This document shows, piece after piece, positions 22,994 through 33,875 of a stretch of 64,000 bases of DNA. Position numbers and translations under genes: made by a program. The stretch covers positions 352,001-416,000 of the forward strand of contig CAVZLN010000008.1 in NCBI GenBank assembly GCA_963776245.1, in the 5' to 3' direction. The number at the start of each line of letters is the position of its first letter. Within the stretch, counting starts at the first letter, position 1. The notes under the pieces were generated by a model, which saw nothing but the letters and a program-made list of their open reading frames with translations, did not search any database and was not told where the DNA came from. Source of the DNA: Candidatus Eiseniibacteriota bacterium (lineage in GTDB: Bacteria > Eisenbacteria > RBG-16-71-46).

Positions 22994-23512
22994 TCAGAGG
23001 TTGAACTTCCCGAAGTCCTCGGGATTCAGGCGCTCGATGAAGCGCCGCAGATCCTCGGCCTTCTCCTCGCCCGTCTTCTCCTGCGGCGCGTCCGCCGGCT
23101 CGGACTCCGCGGCCTCGGCCGGCGGAGGCTGGAGCAGCTCCTCGTTGACGAAGATCGGTGCCGCGGCCCGCAGCGCGACGGCGATCGAGTCCGAGGGGCG
23201 GGCGTCGATCGACAGGTGCTCGCTCTCGCGCTCGATGAAGACGTTCGCGAAGAAGGTGTTCTCCCGCAGGTCGGCGATCACCACGCGCGTCACCCGCGCG
23301 TGCAGGCCCTCGACCACGAGCTGGATGAGGTCGTGGGTGAGCGGTCGCGGGAACGGCTCGTCGCTCACCAGCCGGCGGATGGCCGCGGCCTCGCCGGGCC
23401 CGATCCAGATGGGCAGCATGCGCGTGCCGTCCAGCTCGCGCAGCACGACGATGTTCTGCTGGGTCTTGGGCTCGAGGATGAGCCCGTGGACCCGGACCTC
23501 GACGAGGTTCAC
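22994..23512 (-). CDS. Bifunctional nuclease family protein (DUF151)
   Basis: LPIWIGPGEA, PRPLTHDL, IDARPSDSIAVAL. Confidence 0.92.
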   Translation of the reverse strand: MNLVEVRVHGLILEPKTQQNIVVLRELDGTRMLPIWIGPGEAAAIRRLVSDEPFPRPLTHDLIQLVVEGLHARVTRVVIADLRENTFFANVFIERESEHLSIDARPSDSIAVALRAAAPIFVNEELLQPPPAEAAESEPADAPQEKTGEEKAEDLRRFIERLNPEDFGKFNL

Positions 23513-24804
23513 GGCTTCTTCTCGACCCCCTTGCCCGCGGCGTGCGACCCGCCCGCCCGGGTGGTGTCGGCGGCCGGCATGGGGCGCACGCCGTCCGCGT
23601 CGAGCTGGAGCATCGGGGGGGCATCGTCGGAGCGCATGTGCTCGAGCATCCACTTCGCCGAGGCGGCCAGCTCCGACTTCGGATAGCGCGCCAGCAGCGC
23701 GCGGAACGCGCGGTCGGCCTCGTCGTAGTTCTTGAGCTCCTCCGAATGGATGAAGCCGATCATGAACTGCGACTGCGGGGCGACCTCGGCGTCGGGGTAC
23801 TGGTCGAGCAGCTGCTGGTAGAGCACGATGCGGTCGGGGGCGGGACCGGTCTCCTGCGCCTCCTTGAACAGCTCGCGCGCCGTCTTCCGGGCCGACATGA
23901 ACTCCCGGATCGCGGCGGAGTCCGGGGTCACGCCCAGGTCCCGGCGCGCCTGGTCGAGCAGGCGCCGGTAGAACTCCTGCGAGCTCTGGCCCGCCAGCTG
24001 ACGCTGGATGAGCGGACGCACCTGATCGAACGCGCGCACGCTCTCCTCCTTGCGCGCGTCCAGCTTGAGCAGGTGCCAGCCGCGCGCGGTGTGGATCGGC
24101 CCGCTCACCGCGCCTTCGCGCATCGCGAACGCCGACTCCGCCAGCGCGGGCTGCGAGCCCAGCGGGCCGAACATCCCGTCGCGCGTCACGGTGCCGACCA
24201 GTCCGCCGCTCGCGCGCGTCAGCGTGTCGGCGCTGGACTTCCGGGCGATCGCCGCGAAGTCCGCGCCCCTGGCCCGCGCCTGCGCGAGCAGGCGCTTCGC
24301 GTCGGCCTCGGTCTTCGCGAGCAGGTGCCGCACGGTCACGGTGCCGGGCACCCGGTACTCGCTCAGGTGCGTGTCGTAGTACCCCCGCACCTCGGAGTCG
24401 GACGGGGCGGGATTGGCCGCCATCGCCTCCGACAGGTAGGTGCGGATGAGCAGGTCGCGACGCTGCTGCTCGAGCTGCTGCTGCACCGCCGGCCGACCCG
24501 GCACTCCGGCCCGCGCCGCCATCATCAGCCACACCCGCTCCTCCAGCAGCCGTTCGAGCAGCTGCTGGCGGCCCTCGGGCGCGGCGTACTGCGCCCGCAT
24601 CGACTCGGGGATCTCCCCGAGCCGCTGCTGCACCGTCGCGCGCGTGATCGACTCGTCGCCGATGCGCACCAGCACGGCCGAGGTCTCGGCCGGGGCACCC
24701 CCCCGGGCGGCGCGCTTGGCGGCCGGTGCCCGCGCGGCCGCCACCGGCAGCGCGGCCAGCATCACCAGGCAGCCGCCGAACAGGAGGCCGCGCGCGCGCG
24801 TCAT
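23509..24804 (-). CDS. Exported parvulin-type peptidyl-prolyl isomerase with C-terminal TPR pair
   Basis: Signal peptide, SurA/PrsA-like N domain, VRHLL...FAAIARKSSAD...VSGPIHTARGWHLLKL, TPR YP..E.A. Confidence 0.85.
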   Translation of the reverse strand: MTRARGLLFGGCLVMLAALPVAAARAPAAKRAARGGAPAETSAVLVRIGDESITRATVQQRLGEIPESMRAQYAAPEGRQQLLERLLEERVWLMMAARAGVPGRPAVQQQLEQQRRDLLIRTYLSEAMAANPAPSDSEVRGYYDTHLSEYRVPGTVTVRHLLAKTEADAKRLLAQARARGADFAAIARKSSADTLTRASGGLVGTVTRDGMFGPLGSQPALAESAFAMREGAVSGPIHTARGWHLLKLDARKEESVRAFDQVRPLIQRQLAGQSSQEFYRRLLDQARRDLGVTPDSAAIREFMSARKTARELFKEAQETGPAPDRIVLYQQLLDQYPDAEVAPQSQFMIGFIHSEELKNYDEADRAFRALLARYPKSELAASAKWMLEHMRSDDAPPMLQLDADGVRPMPAADTTRAGGSHAAGKGVEKKP

Positions 24805-25244
24805 GGCCGCACCACCCAGACCTTCACCGTCGCGGTGACCCCGCCATAGAGCTTGATGGCCACGTCGTAGCGCCCCAGCTGCTTGATGTGCTCGGGCATC
24901 TCGATCCGCCGCTGGTCGACCTCGTGCCCCGCCCGCGCCAGCGCCTCGGCGATGTCGGCGTTCGTGATCGAGCCGAACAGCGTGTCGTCCTCGTTCGCCT
25001 GCGCCGGGATGTTGACCTCCGCGCCCTCGATGCGGGCCGCCTCGGCGCGCGCGGCGGCGACCAGCTTGTCCTCCTTCACCTCGCGCTGGCGGAGCAGCTC
25101 CTTGAGGAGATTGCCGGCCTTCGAGCCGGCCGGGATGGCGAGCTTGCGGGGCAGCAGGAAGTTGCGGGCATAGCCGGGCTTCACGTTGACGGTGATGCCC
25201 TTCTCTCCCACACCCTTCAGATCTTCGAGCAGGATGACTTCCAT
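24801..25244 (-). CDS. rplI: 50S ribosomal protein L9
   Basis: MEVILLED, VKPGYARNFLLPR, LFGSIT, IKQLG. Confidence 0.97.
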   Translation of the reverse strand: MEVILLEDLKGVGEKGITVNVKPGYARNFLLPRKLAIPAGSKAGNLLKELLRQREVKEDKLVAAARAEAARIEGAEVNIPAQANEDDTLFGSITNADIAEALARAGHEVDQRRIEMPEHIKQLGRYDVAIKLYGGVTATVKVWVVRP

Positions 25245-25253
25245 CGGTTCTCC

Positions 25254-26240
25254 CTAGGGGTTTCCACCGTCGACGGTGGGTTCGAGGCGGCGATGATCGA
25301 GCCAGGCGTCGCTCAGGCCGAGCGCGACGGCGGTCATCACGAACACCGGCATGGCCACGGCGAGCACGAACAGCATCGTCAGGGCGATCACGGCGGTCGG
25401 CACCCCGCGCGACAGCAGCAGGGAAGATACCACCGCGATCCCTTGCACTCCGAAACCGAGACCCGCGCTGAGCAACAGCGTCCAGCCGCTCGGCGCGGCG
25501 GGCGCCCACGCGATGACGAGCACCGCGAGCCCGGCGAGGAACGTCCACAGCACACCATCCGGGACCCGCCACTGGGTGAGCGGGGTGCGCGTCATCGGCG
25601 GCCACCGCAGCACCCGCGCGGCGCGCGACGCGAACGTGCGCCCCGCGCCCACCAGCAGCGCCACCCAGGCGAACAGCGCGGTGGGCACCAGGAACGGCAC
25701 CACCACCTCGCGGTACACCCGCGACAGCGTCTGCATCCCGGCCATCGCGTCGCGGATCTGGCGCGCGTCGTAATGGCGCGGCGCCTCGGCCTCGAACCAG
25801 CGCTGGAACTCCAGCCACGAGGCGTCGAGGCCGGAGCGCATCGCCCCGTAGCCCGGCAGCCAGGGCAGCGCCACCGCCAGCGCCAGCACCGGCGCCAGGA
25901 ACCACGCGCGGTCGCCCGCGCCGGCTCGCCCGCCCTCCTCGCGCAGCCCGGTCCACGCCCCCGAGAGCGCCGCGGCGGGGATCCACCACGCCCACAGCGC
26001 CCCCGGCACGCCGGTCGCCAGCGCGCCCGCCGCCGCCACGGCCGGGACCACCAGCCCCCAGCGGCCGAAGCGCCACGCCAGCAGCATGGCGAGCGCGGTC
26101 AGCACCGGTGCCGCGAGCCACACCACGGCCCACGGACCCGGCGCCTCGGCCGCCATCACGCCGAGCAGCGCCGCGACCAGAAACGCCCGCGCCCACGTGG
26201 GGCCGCGCGCGACCCGGGCCGTGTCAGCGATAGAGGTCAC
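25254..26240 (-). CDS. YybS/DUF2232 family membrane protein
   Basis: Multi-[18 protein letters not shown]; position between rpsR and rplI. Confidence 0.8.
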   Translation of the reverse strand: MTSIADTARVARGPTWARAFLVAALLGVMAAEAPGPWAVVWLAAPVLTALAMLLAWRFGRWGLVVPAVAAAGALATGVPGALWAWWIPAAALSGAWTGLREEGGRAGAGDRAWFLAPVLALAVALPWLPGYGAMRSGLDASWLEFQRWFEAEAPRHYDARQIRDAMAGMQTLSRVYREVVVPFLVPTALFAWVALLVGAGRTFASRAARVLRWPPMTRTPLTQWRVPDGVLWTFLAGLAVLVIAWAPAAPSGWTLLLSAGLGFGVQGIAVVSSLLLSRGVPTAVIALTMLFVLAVAMPVFVMTAVALGLSDAWLDHRRLEPTVDGGNP

Positions 26241-26466
26241 TGGTGAACGGCAGCAGCGCCAGCACCCGCGCCCGCTTGATCGCGGTCGTCAGCTGCTTCT
26301 GATGGCGCGCGCACGTGCCCGACACCCGTCGCGGGACGATCTTGCCGCGGTCGGTGATGAACCGGCCGAGACGCTTCTCGTCCTTGTAGTCCACGAACCC
26401 GACCTTCTCCAGACACAGCTTGCAGTACTTGCGCTTGATGCTCTTGCCTTCGCGTTCCTTGGCCAT
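26224..26466 (-). CDS. rpsR: 30S ribosomal protein S18 (Cys-containing form)
   Basis: [31 protein letters not shown]. Confidence 0.97.
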   Translation of the reverse strand: MAKEREGKSIKRKYCKLCLEKVGFVDYKDEKRLGRFITDRGKIVPRRVSGTCARHQKQLTTAIKRARVLALLPFTSDLYR

Positions 26467-26496
26467 CGCTCTCCTTCTCACCTCCGTCGACGGGGC

Positions 26497-26896
26497 CTAG
26501 GCCCTGTCCGATCCCGGCGGCGGCGCGCTCTCCGGCGCCTCGCCGCCCTCCGGCCAATCCATGAAGTGGACCAGGTCGGCCCGCACTTCGAGTCGCGAGC
26601 GCTTCTCGCCACCCGGGGCCGTCCACTCCCGCATCTGCATCCGTCCTTCCACCAGCACCGCGCTCCCCTTGTGGAGATGCGCGGCGCACACCTCGGCGAG
26701 GCGCTGGACCGTCACCACCGGCGTGAACCCGGTCTGCTCGGCGATCTTCCCATCCTTCGCCTCGCCAGCGGCGATGGAAGGCGATGGTGAAGGTCGTGAC
26801 CGGGGTGCCGTCGGTCGCATAGCGCTTGTCGGGATCGCGCGTGAGCCGCCCGCCCAGTTGCACCCGGTTGATCTCGGGGAGCCTGAATCCGGACAT
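26497..26896 (-). CDS. ssb: Single-stranded DNA-binding protein, apparent indel near 26760
   Basis: INRVQLGGRLTRDP, LHKGSAVLVEGRMQMREW; between rpsF and rpsR. Confidence 0.88.
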
Positions 26897-26924
26897 TTCC
26901 CCTCCGCTCGCGACCCCCGCCGCG

Positions 26925-27278
26925 CTACTCGTCCCCGGCGTCCTCGCTGGCAGCCACCAGTTCCGGGTCGGCCTGCGGTTGCGTGAGCTCCGGCGGAACA
27001 TGCAGCACGGTGAGGACGCGCATGACCTGCTCGTCGAGCTTCATGCGGCGCTCGACCTCCCTCACCACCGGCCCCGGCCCCTGGTAGAGGAGCAGCGTGT
27101 AGATGCCGTCGCGGCGGCGATTGATCTCGTAGGCGAGACGCCGCTTGCCCCAGCGCTGCACCTCGAGCACCTCGCCGCCCAGATCCTTGATCCAGCCGGT
27201 GACGCGCTCGATCTCCTCGTTGACCTTCCCCTCGTCGAGGCCGGGCTCGAGGATGAACGTGGTCTCGTACTTGTTCAC
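26925..27278 (-). CDS. rpsF: 30S ribosomal protein S6
   Basis: KYETTFIL, WGKRRLAYEI, VMRVL. Confidence 0.96.
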   Translation of the reverse strand: MNKYETTFILEPGLDEGKVNEEIERVTGWIKDLGGEVLEVQRWGKRRLAYEINRRRDGIYTLLLYQGPGPVVREVERRMKLDEQVMRVLTVLHVPPELTQPQADPELVAASEDAGDE

Positions 27279-27863
27279 GGTTCGGATTCCTCCTGACGGA
27301 CCCTGCGATTGAATCGATTCATGGCGGCGAGGATGCCCTGCTCCAGCCAGCACTCCACCGCGTCGGCGGCGAGCCCCGCGGCGCTTCTCCGCGGCCGCCC
27401 GCCCTGTGTCGTCGAACTCGTCCAGCACGTGTTCCCGCAGCCCCTCGCCACCCTCGGCCGCGCCGACCCCGATGCGGAGCCGCGCGTAGCCCTCACCGCC
27501 GAGCGCCTCCGAGATGCTCTCGAGGCCGCGGTGCCCTCCCGACGAGCCCCGGGTGCGCAAGCGCAGGACACCCAGCGGCAGATACACGTCGTCGGCGATC
27601 ACGAGGGACTCCTGTCCCTCCAGCGGATGACGCTCGCTCCATGCGAGCAGCGCCGTCCCGCTGGCGTTCATGTACGTCAGCGGCGCGACCAGATGCACGT
27701 CGCGTCCGCCCACGGCGGCGATGCGGCTGCGGTATTCGGGCGTCGTCTCTCCCGGGCCCGCCCGCCAGCGCGCAGCCAGCAGGTCGAGGACCCACCAGCC
27801 CACGTTGTGACGGGTCCGCGCGTACCGCGCACCGGGATTGCCCAGCCCGAGGACCAGCGGCAC
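27275..27863 (-). CDS. pth: Peptidyl-tRNA hydrolase, apparent indel near 27385
   Basis: GLGNPG..YARTRHNVG, TYMNASG, GSSGGHRGL, RLRIGVG, AMNRFN. Confidence 0.92.
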
Positions 27864-27869
27864 GGCCGC

Positions 27870-28563
27870 CTACTTCTTCTCGCCCTTCTCGGCCTTCTTC
27901 TCGCTCTTCTCGTCCTCGCCGGCCTCCTCCTTCTTGCCCTTGGCGATGACCTCCGGCTCGGTGGTCTCGGCGACGGCCGCGACCTCTTCCGCCGGCTTCT
28001 CCTCGGCGACCGTCGGCGGCACCACGGTCGCGATCGTCGCGTCCGGGTCCGTCAGGATCTCGATGTCCGCGACGCTCAGATCGCGCACGTGCACCGAGTC
28101 GCCGATGTTCAGCGCCGCCACGTCCACGTCGATCGACGCCGGGATCGCGGTCGGCAGACAGCGCACCTCCACCGTGCGGAGGATGTGCTCGACGATGCCG
28201 CCGGCGTCCTTCACGCCCACCGGCAGGCCGACGAGGTGCACCGCGACCTCGACCTCGATGCTCTCGGTGAGCGAGATGTGCTGGAAGTCGAGGTGCACGA
28301 GCTTGCGCGAGAGCGGGTCGTACTGCGCGTCGCGCACCAGCACCGTGTACTCGCCGCCGTCCACCTTCAGGCTGACGAGCGGGTTGCCGCCCTTGTGCTT
28401 CAGCATCGCGAGCTGGAACTCGCGCGCGCCGACGCGGACCGGGATCGGCGTCTCACCGTGTCCGTACACGATCGCCGGGGATGTCACCGGCCGCCCGCGC
28501 CTTGCGCGCGCCGCCCTTGCCGAGGGCCGTGCGCCGCTGGGCGGTCAACGAGATGACCGACAT
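27870..28563 (-). CDS. rplY: 50S ribosomal protein L25/Ctc, apparent indel near 28485
   Basis: [33 protein letters not shown], acidic/basic tail. Confidence 0.93.
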
Positions 28564-28635
28564 GCGTGCTCCTCCTTAAGATGGGTCGTCGCCGCGGTGC
28601 GGCCCCGTCTCGGGGCGCCGCTTCCGCGTGCTTCC

Positions 28636-29585
28636 CTAGATGAACAACGAACTGAGCGAGCGCTCCTCGTGGATGCGCTGGACCGCTTCGCCCAGCAGGC
28701 CCGCGACCGACAGCTCGGTGACGTTCGCGGGCAATGGCGCGCCTTCGTGGCTCACCGTGTCGGTGATGACGAGCTCGCGGATCGGCGACTGGCCGATGCG
28801 CTCGAGCGCGCCGTGGCTGAACACCCCGTGCGTCACGCCGGCCGAGACCGAACGGGCGCCGTTCTTCACGATCACTTCCGCGGCCTGGCAGAGCGTGCGC
28901 GCGGTGGTGACGACGTCGTCGAACAGCACCACGTTGCTGGCCCTCGACCTCGCCGATCAGGTTCATGACCTCGACCGAGTCCGGGCGCGGGCGGCGCTTG
29001 TCCACCAGCCCCAGCTCCGCGCCGAGACGCTTGGCGTAGGCGCGCGCCATCTTCACGCTGCCGATGTCCGGCGCGACCACCATCAGATCGCTGGTCTGCT
29101 TGCGCTGGAAGTGATCCACCAGCACCGGCGCGGCGTAGAGGTGATCGAACGGGATGTCGAAGAAGCCCTGGATCTGCGCGCTGTGCAGATCCATGGTGAG
29201 CGCGCGGTCCGCGCCCGCCACGGTGATCAGGTTCGCCACCAGCTTGGCCGAGATCGGCGCGCGCGGCTGGTCCTTGCGGTCCTGGCGCGCGTAGCCGAAG
29301 TACGGCAGCACCGCGGTCACCCGCCGCGCCGAGGCGCGCTTGGCCGCGTCGAGCATGACCAGCAGCTCCATGAGGTTGTCCGCCGGGCGCGCCGGTCGCC
29401 TGCACGATGAACACGTCGCCGCCGCGGATGTTCTCGTTGAAGCGCACCGAGACCTCGCCGTCCTCGAAGCGCGACACGTCGCAGTCCCCGAGCGGCGACT
29501 TCAGCCGCTCGCAGATCGCGGCCGCGAGCCCGCGACTGGCGTTCCCCGCGAATACCCGACACGGATCCAAGCGCATCTCCTCCAT
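28636..29585 (-). CDS. prs: Ribose-phosphate pyrophosphokinase, two apparent indels
   Basis: [53 protein letters not shown]. Confidence 0.94.
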
Positions 29586-29724
29586 CGGATGCGGTCACAG
29601 CCGAGCCGCGAACGGACGAGCCGCCACGGCGCGATCGGGTCCGAAAGCGGACACGCACGCGCACGGTCAGGCCGTGCCGCGCGTGCCTCACGCACCGGGG
29701 CCGTCATCCGCCCGACCCGAAAGA

Positions 29725-29799
29725 TGGCTGGGGCGGGAGGATTCGAACCTCCGGATGCGAGATCCAAAGTCTCGTGCCTTACCGCTTGGCCACGCCCCA
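29725..29799 (-). tRNA. tRNA-Gln (anticodon TTG)
   Basis: Cloverleaf TGGGGCG...CGAGA-CTTTGGA-TCTCG...GGTTCGAATCC...CCCCAGCCA with encoded CCA. Confidence 0.97.
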
Positions 29800-29904
29800 C
29801 CAACAGAACGGGATTTCCGTCACGGTCCGTTCCCCACAGGCAGGGGTCCGGGGTGCAGGTCATTGGCCCGAAGGGATGAAAGGTGTTGCAGAAAAGCGAG
29901 GTGG

Positions 29905-29934
29905 AGACTACCGGGAAGCGCGGCCGGATGTCAA
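29905..29934 (-). promoter_or_regulatory. Sigma70-type promoter for tRNA-Gln-prs
   Basis: TTGACA-18 nt-TAGTCT. Confidence 0.6.
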
Positions 29935-30051
29935 TGCTCGACGCCTCCGGGCGGGGTCCGGCGCCCCGGAGGGGGACTCGCGGGGCCGGCGGGCCCGGGA
30001 CGGCCCCCCGCGGCCGGGCGCGGCGCCCCGGTCGCGCGGCGGAGGCCCCGG

Positions 30052-30364
30052 TCAGTCTTCGTGAAGGGCGTTCGCCATCGGGGACGCGGCCACCGTGCCC
30101 GGGGCGCGCTGGAGTTCCTTCTCGTACTCACCCATGACCATCTCGGTCAGGTACTTGCGGGTGATGTCGTTGATCGGGTGGGCCAGGTCCTGGTGCTGGC
30201 CATCGGGGCGCTTGCGGCTCGGCATCGCCACGAACAGCCCCGAGTTCCCGTGGATGATCTTCAGCCCGCGGATGACGAAAGCGTCGTTCGAGCGTGATCG
30301 AGACGAACGCCTTGAGCTTGTCGTCGTTGCGCAGCGAGACCCGCACTTCGGTGATCTGGATCAT
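30052..30364 (-). CDS. spoVG: SpoVG family nucleic-acid-binding protein, apparent indel near 30290
   Basis: QITEVRV..KLKAFVSITL / FVIRGLKII..GLFVAMPSRK..DLAHPIN. Confidence 0.92.
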
Positions 30365-30475
30365 CCGATCACCCTGACAGCGGGCCCGCGGGCGCTGTGG
30401 CGCCGCCAGCCCGAAGACCCGGGCAGCGGGCTTCCTTGCGACTTGAGCATGTGGCCTCCTTGCTTCGCGCTCAAG

Positions 30476-31431
30476 CTACGGCAGTGGTCCGAGTCGCAGA
30501 CCTGCGCTTCGAGACCGGACCCCATACAGGGTCTCGTCACCGGAGAAGCGGCCCAGGAAGTCTCTGAACGGAAGTGCCCGGCGCGATCACGCCGAACACC
30601 GCCGACCCACTGCCCGTCATGCGGACCGGATCCGCACCCGCCGCGCGCAACCGCGCGCAGAGCGCGACGAATCCCGCCCGTCGTTCACCCAGCACGTCCT
30701 CGAACGCGTTGCCGAGGCGCACCGCATCATGCGGCGCCACGGCTGCTTGTCGCAGTTCGTCCGCGATTCTTAGTTTGCTGCTCCATAGTGTCAAGGACGA
30801 TTTGCGCACGTCGAGTGCGGCGAATGCCCGCGCGGTCGAGATGCGCCATGCCGGCACGACCACGACGGCCCGGAACGGGCGCGCGAGCCGCAGCCGTTCG
30901 AGCCGCTCGCCGCGGCCGAGCCCCAGCGCGGTGCCGCCGAGCGCGCGAACGGCACGTCGGAGCCCAGCTCGGCCGCCAGCGCGAGCCGCTGCGCGCGCGG
31001 GCGGCGCACGCCGTAGAGCGCATCAGCGCCACCAGGGCCGCCGCCGCGTCGGCGCTGCCGCCTCCCATGCCGGCCTGCGCGCCGGGATGCGCTTGACCAG
31101 CGTGAACCGCGCCCCGCCGATGCGCGCGATCGCGCGCCGCCAGCAGCCGCGCCGCGCGCAGCACCAGGTTGCCGGCCCCCGCCGGCACGCCGGCCGCGCG
31201 CGCGGCGCGCGCGGTGCGCCGCGCAGCGCGGCGTCCTCGTGGCGCACGCGTCAGCGAGAAGCCTGCGCCGCGGCGACCGCGCGACCAGCGTGTCGGCGAG
31301 CGAGATGGACTGGAACACCGTGGCGAGGTCGTGGAAGCCGTCGGGCCGCGGCGGACCGACCGCGAGCCCGAGGTTGAGCTTGGCGCGCGCCTCGACCTCG
31401 ACGCCGCGCCGGCCGCGGCCGCCGGCGTCAT
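30476..31431 (-). CDS. ispE: 4-diphosphocytidyl-2-C-methyl-D-erythritol kinase, several apparent indels
   Basis: AKLNLGLAV..RPDGFHDLATVFQSISLAD, NLVLRAA, AGMGGGSADAAA, LGSDVPF, NAFE, MTGSGSAVFG; 3' end approximate. Confidence 0.9.
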
Positions 31432-32329
31432 CGCGCGCCACGTAGAGCACGAAGACCACCATCGCCAGGTAGAGCACCAGCACGATGCCGATCGGCCGGT
31501 CGGTGAGCAGCACCTGCGAGGGGTCCTCGCTGGTCTCGGAGACGCGCACCAGGTAGAGGTAGCGGAAGATGCCGTACGCCACGAACGGCACGGTGTAGAG
31601 CAGCGACTCGGTGTGGAACTTGGCGACCGTCGCGGGCCAGATGGTGTAGAGCGCGTAGGACATCACGCTGGTCGCGGCCGAGATCAGTGAGCATCCCGTC
31701 GAGCAGCTCCGGCGTGTAGCGCGACAGCACCGCGCGCTGCGACGAGGCCTCGTGCGCCGGCGTTGACGAGCTCGCGCCGGCGCTTGCTGAGCGCCAGGAA
31801 CAGCGCGCCGAAGAACGTGCACACCAGCAGCCACGGCGAGATCTCGGTGTCGGGCGACGACCGGCCGCAGCAGCTCGACGCCGGCGATGCGCGCGCAGCA
31901 CGAAGCCGAGCGCGATCGATGAACACGTCGAGGATCACCTGGTGCTTGAGGCCGAAGGTGTAGGCGAGGTTGATCGCCAGGTAGAGCGCCCGCCACGCCC
32001 GCGAACGCGGGCCCCAGCCACCACGACAGCGCCACCACCACCGCCAGGATGCGGCGGCAGCGCGCCGAGCGCGGCGGCGCGCGGCAGCCGGCCCGAGGCG
32101 ATCGGGCGGCAGCCGCTTCTTCGGGTGCAGCCGGTCGGCCTCGACGTCGGCGAGGTCGTTGAGCAGGTACACCGAGCCCGAGAGCAGCGAGAACGCCAGG
32201 AAGCCGCCGGCCGCGCGCAGCAGCAGCGCCCGCTCGCCGAGCTGCTGCGAGAACAGCAGCCCGACGAACAGCAGCAGGTTCTTCGTCCACTGCTTCGGGC
32301 GCAGGGTCTTCGACCAGCGCGAGGATCAC
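31428..32329 (-). CDS. UbiA-family polyprenyl-phosphate phosphoribosyltransferase (decaprenyl-phosphate PRTase-like), several apparent indels
   Basis: [65 protein letters not shown]. Confidence 0.87.
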
Positions 32330-32997
32330 GGGCGCGCCTCTCCCGCGGCTGCGCCGCGGTCGCGCGCGCCGCCGGGCGCTCGCGCCGGCGCGGCCCGCTC
32401 GACCGGGAACATCGCGCGCTCGACCAGCTCGCAGAACGCGTGGCCCATGGTGATGTGCCCCTCCTGGATGTGCGGCGTCGACTCGCTCGGGCGTGACCAG
32501 CGCGATGTCGCACATCGCGGCGAAGCGCCGCGCCCTTCGCGCCGGTCATGCCGATCACGGTCATGCCCAGGGCGTGCGCGCTCTCGACCGCGCGCCGGAC
32601 GCTCTCCGAGCCGCCGCTGGTGGTGATCGCGACCAGCACGTCGCCGGGCATCGCCGAGGCCCTCGAGCTGGCGCGAGAACACCTCCTCGTAGCCGTAGTC
32701 GTTGCCGATCGCGGTCACCGCCGAGGAGTTGGTGGTGAGCGCGACGGCGGCCAGCGCCGGGCGGTCGACCAGGTAGCGGCCCGCGAACTCGGCCGCCAGG
32801 TGCTGGGCGTCGGCGGCGCTGCCGCCGTTGCCGCAGAAGTACACCGTGCCGCCGCTCTCGAGGCACGCGATCAGCGCCTCGGCGGCCGCCGCGACCGGCG
32901 CGCGTGCACGCCTGCTCGAGCTGCGCAGCGCGGCGCCGCGTCGTGCAGCGCCGCGCGCGCCGCGCGCTCGAGGGGCCCGCCTGGCCGTCCGCTTCAC
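32326..32997 (-). CDS. gmhA: D-sedoheptulose-7-phosphate isomerase (SIS domain), apparent indels
   Basis: [43 protein letters not shown]. Confidence 0.9.
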   Translation of the reverse strand: MKRTARRAPRARGARGAARRGAALRSSSRRARAPVAAAAEALIACLESGGTVYFCGNGGSAADAQHLAAEFAGRYLVDRPALAAVALTTNSSAVTAIGNDYGYEEVFSRQLEGLGDARRRAGRDHHQRRLGERPARGRERARPGHDRDRHDRREGRGASPRCATSRWSRPSESTPHIQEGHITMGHAFCELVERAMFPVERAAPARAPGGARDRGAAAGEARP

Positions 32998-33021
32998 ACG
33001 CGCTCCTTCCCGTCGCCGCGC

Positions 33022-33875
33022 TCAGCGCGCGACGCTCTCGAGGTAGCGGTCCGCGGCGTCGCGCCAGTGCGGCATGCGCCGCCCGGTCACGTGCCGGAAC
33101 CATCCGTTGTCCAGCACCGAGTACGCCGGGCGGGGCGCCGGCGCGGCCGAAGCTGGCGCTGTCGCAGTGCGCGCCACCTCGACCGCGAGGCCCGCGCGCG
33201 CCACCAGGTGCGCCGCGAACTCGTGCCAGGTGCAGTCGCCCTCGCTGGTGCAATGGTAGGTGCCGAACTGCGCCGCGCTCGACCAGCGCCACCAGCGCCG
33301 GCGCCAGGTCCTCGGTCCACGTCGGCGAGCCGCGCTGGTCGTCGACCACGCGCAGCGGCTCGCCGGCGCGCGCGCGGGCCAGGATGGTGTCGGGGAAGTT
33401 CGGCCCGCCCGCGCCGTAGAGCCAGGCGGTGCGCACGACCAGGTGGCGCGGATGCACCTCGCGCACCGCCTGCTCGCCCGCCCACTTCGACGCGCCGTAG
33501 ACGCTGCGCGGCGCGACCGGGTCGTGCTCGCGCCACGGGCGCGCGCCGTCCCCGCCGAACACGTAGTCGGTGGAGATCGCGAGCACGCCCGCCCCCACCG
33601 CGGCCGCGGCCAGCGCCGCGTTGCGGGAGCCCAGCCCGTTGACCAGGAACGCGCGGTCGGCCTCGCTCTCGCAGTCGTCCACGCGGGTGAACGCCGCCAG
33701 GTGGAAGATCCAGTCGGGCCGCGTCGGCGCGCACGAGACGCGCGTCAGCGCCTCGGCGTCGGTGACGTCGCAATCCGCCTCCGGCGGCGCCGCCACGCGC
33801 GTGCCCGGCGCGCTCGAGCGCGGGGATCACCGCGCGGGCCAGCATGCCCGCGGCGCCGGTGACCAGCGCCTTCAC
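33022..33875 (-). CDS. rfbD: dTDP-4-dehydrorhamnose reductase, apparent indels
   Basis: VTGAAGML, AAFTRVDDCE, ISTDYVF, YGASKWAGE, VVDDQRGSPT, PRPAYSVL. Confidence 0.92.
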
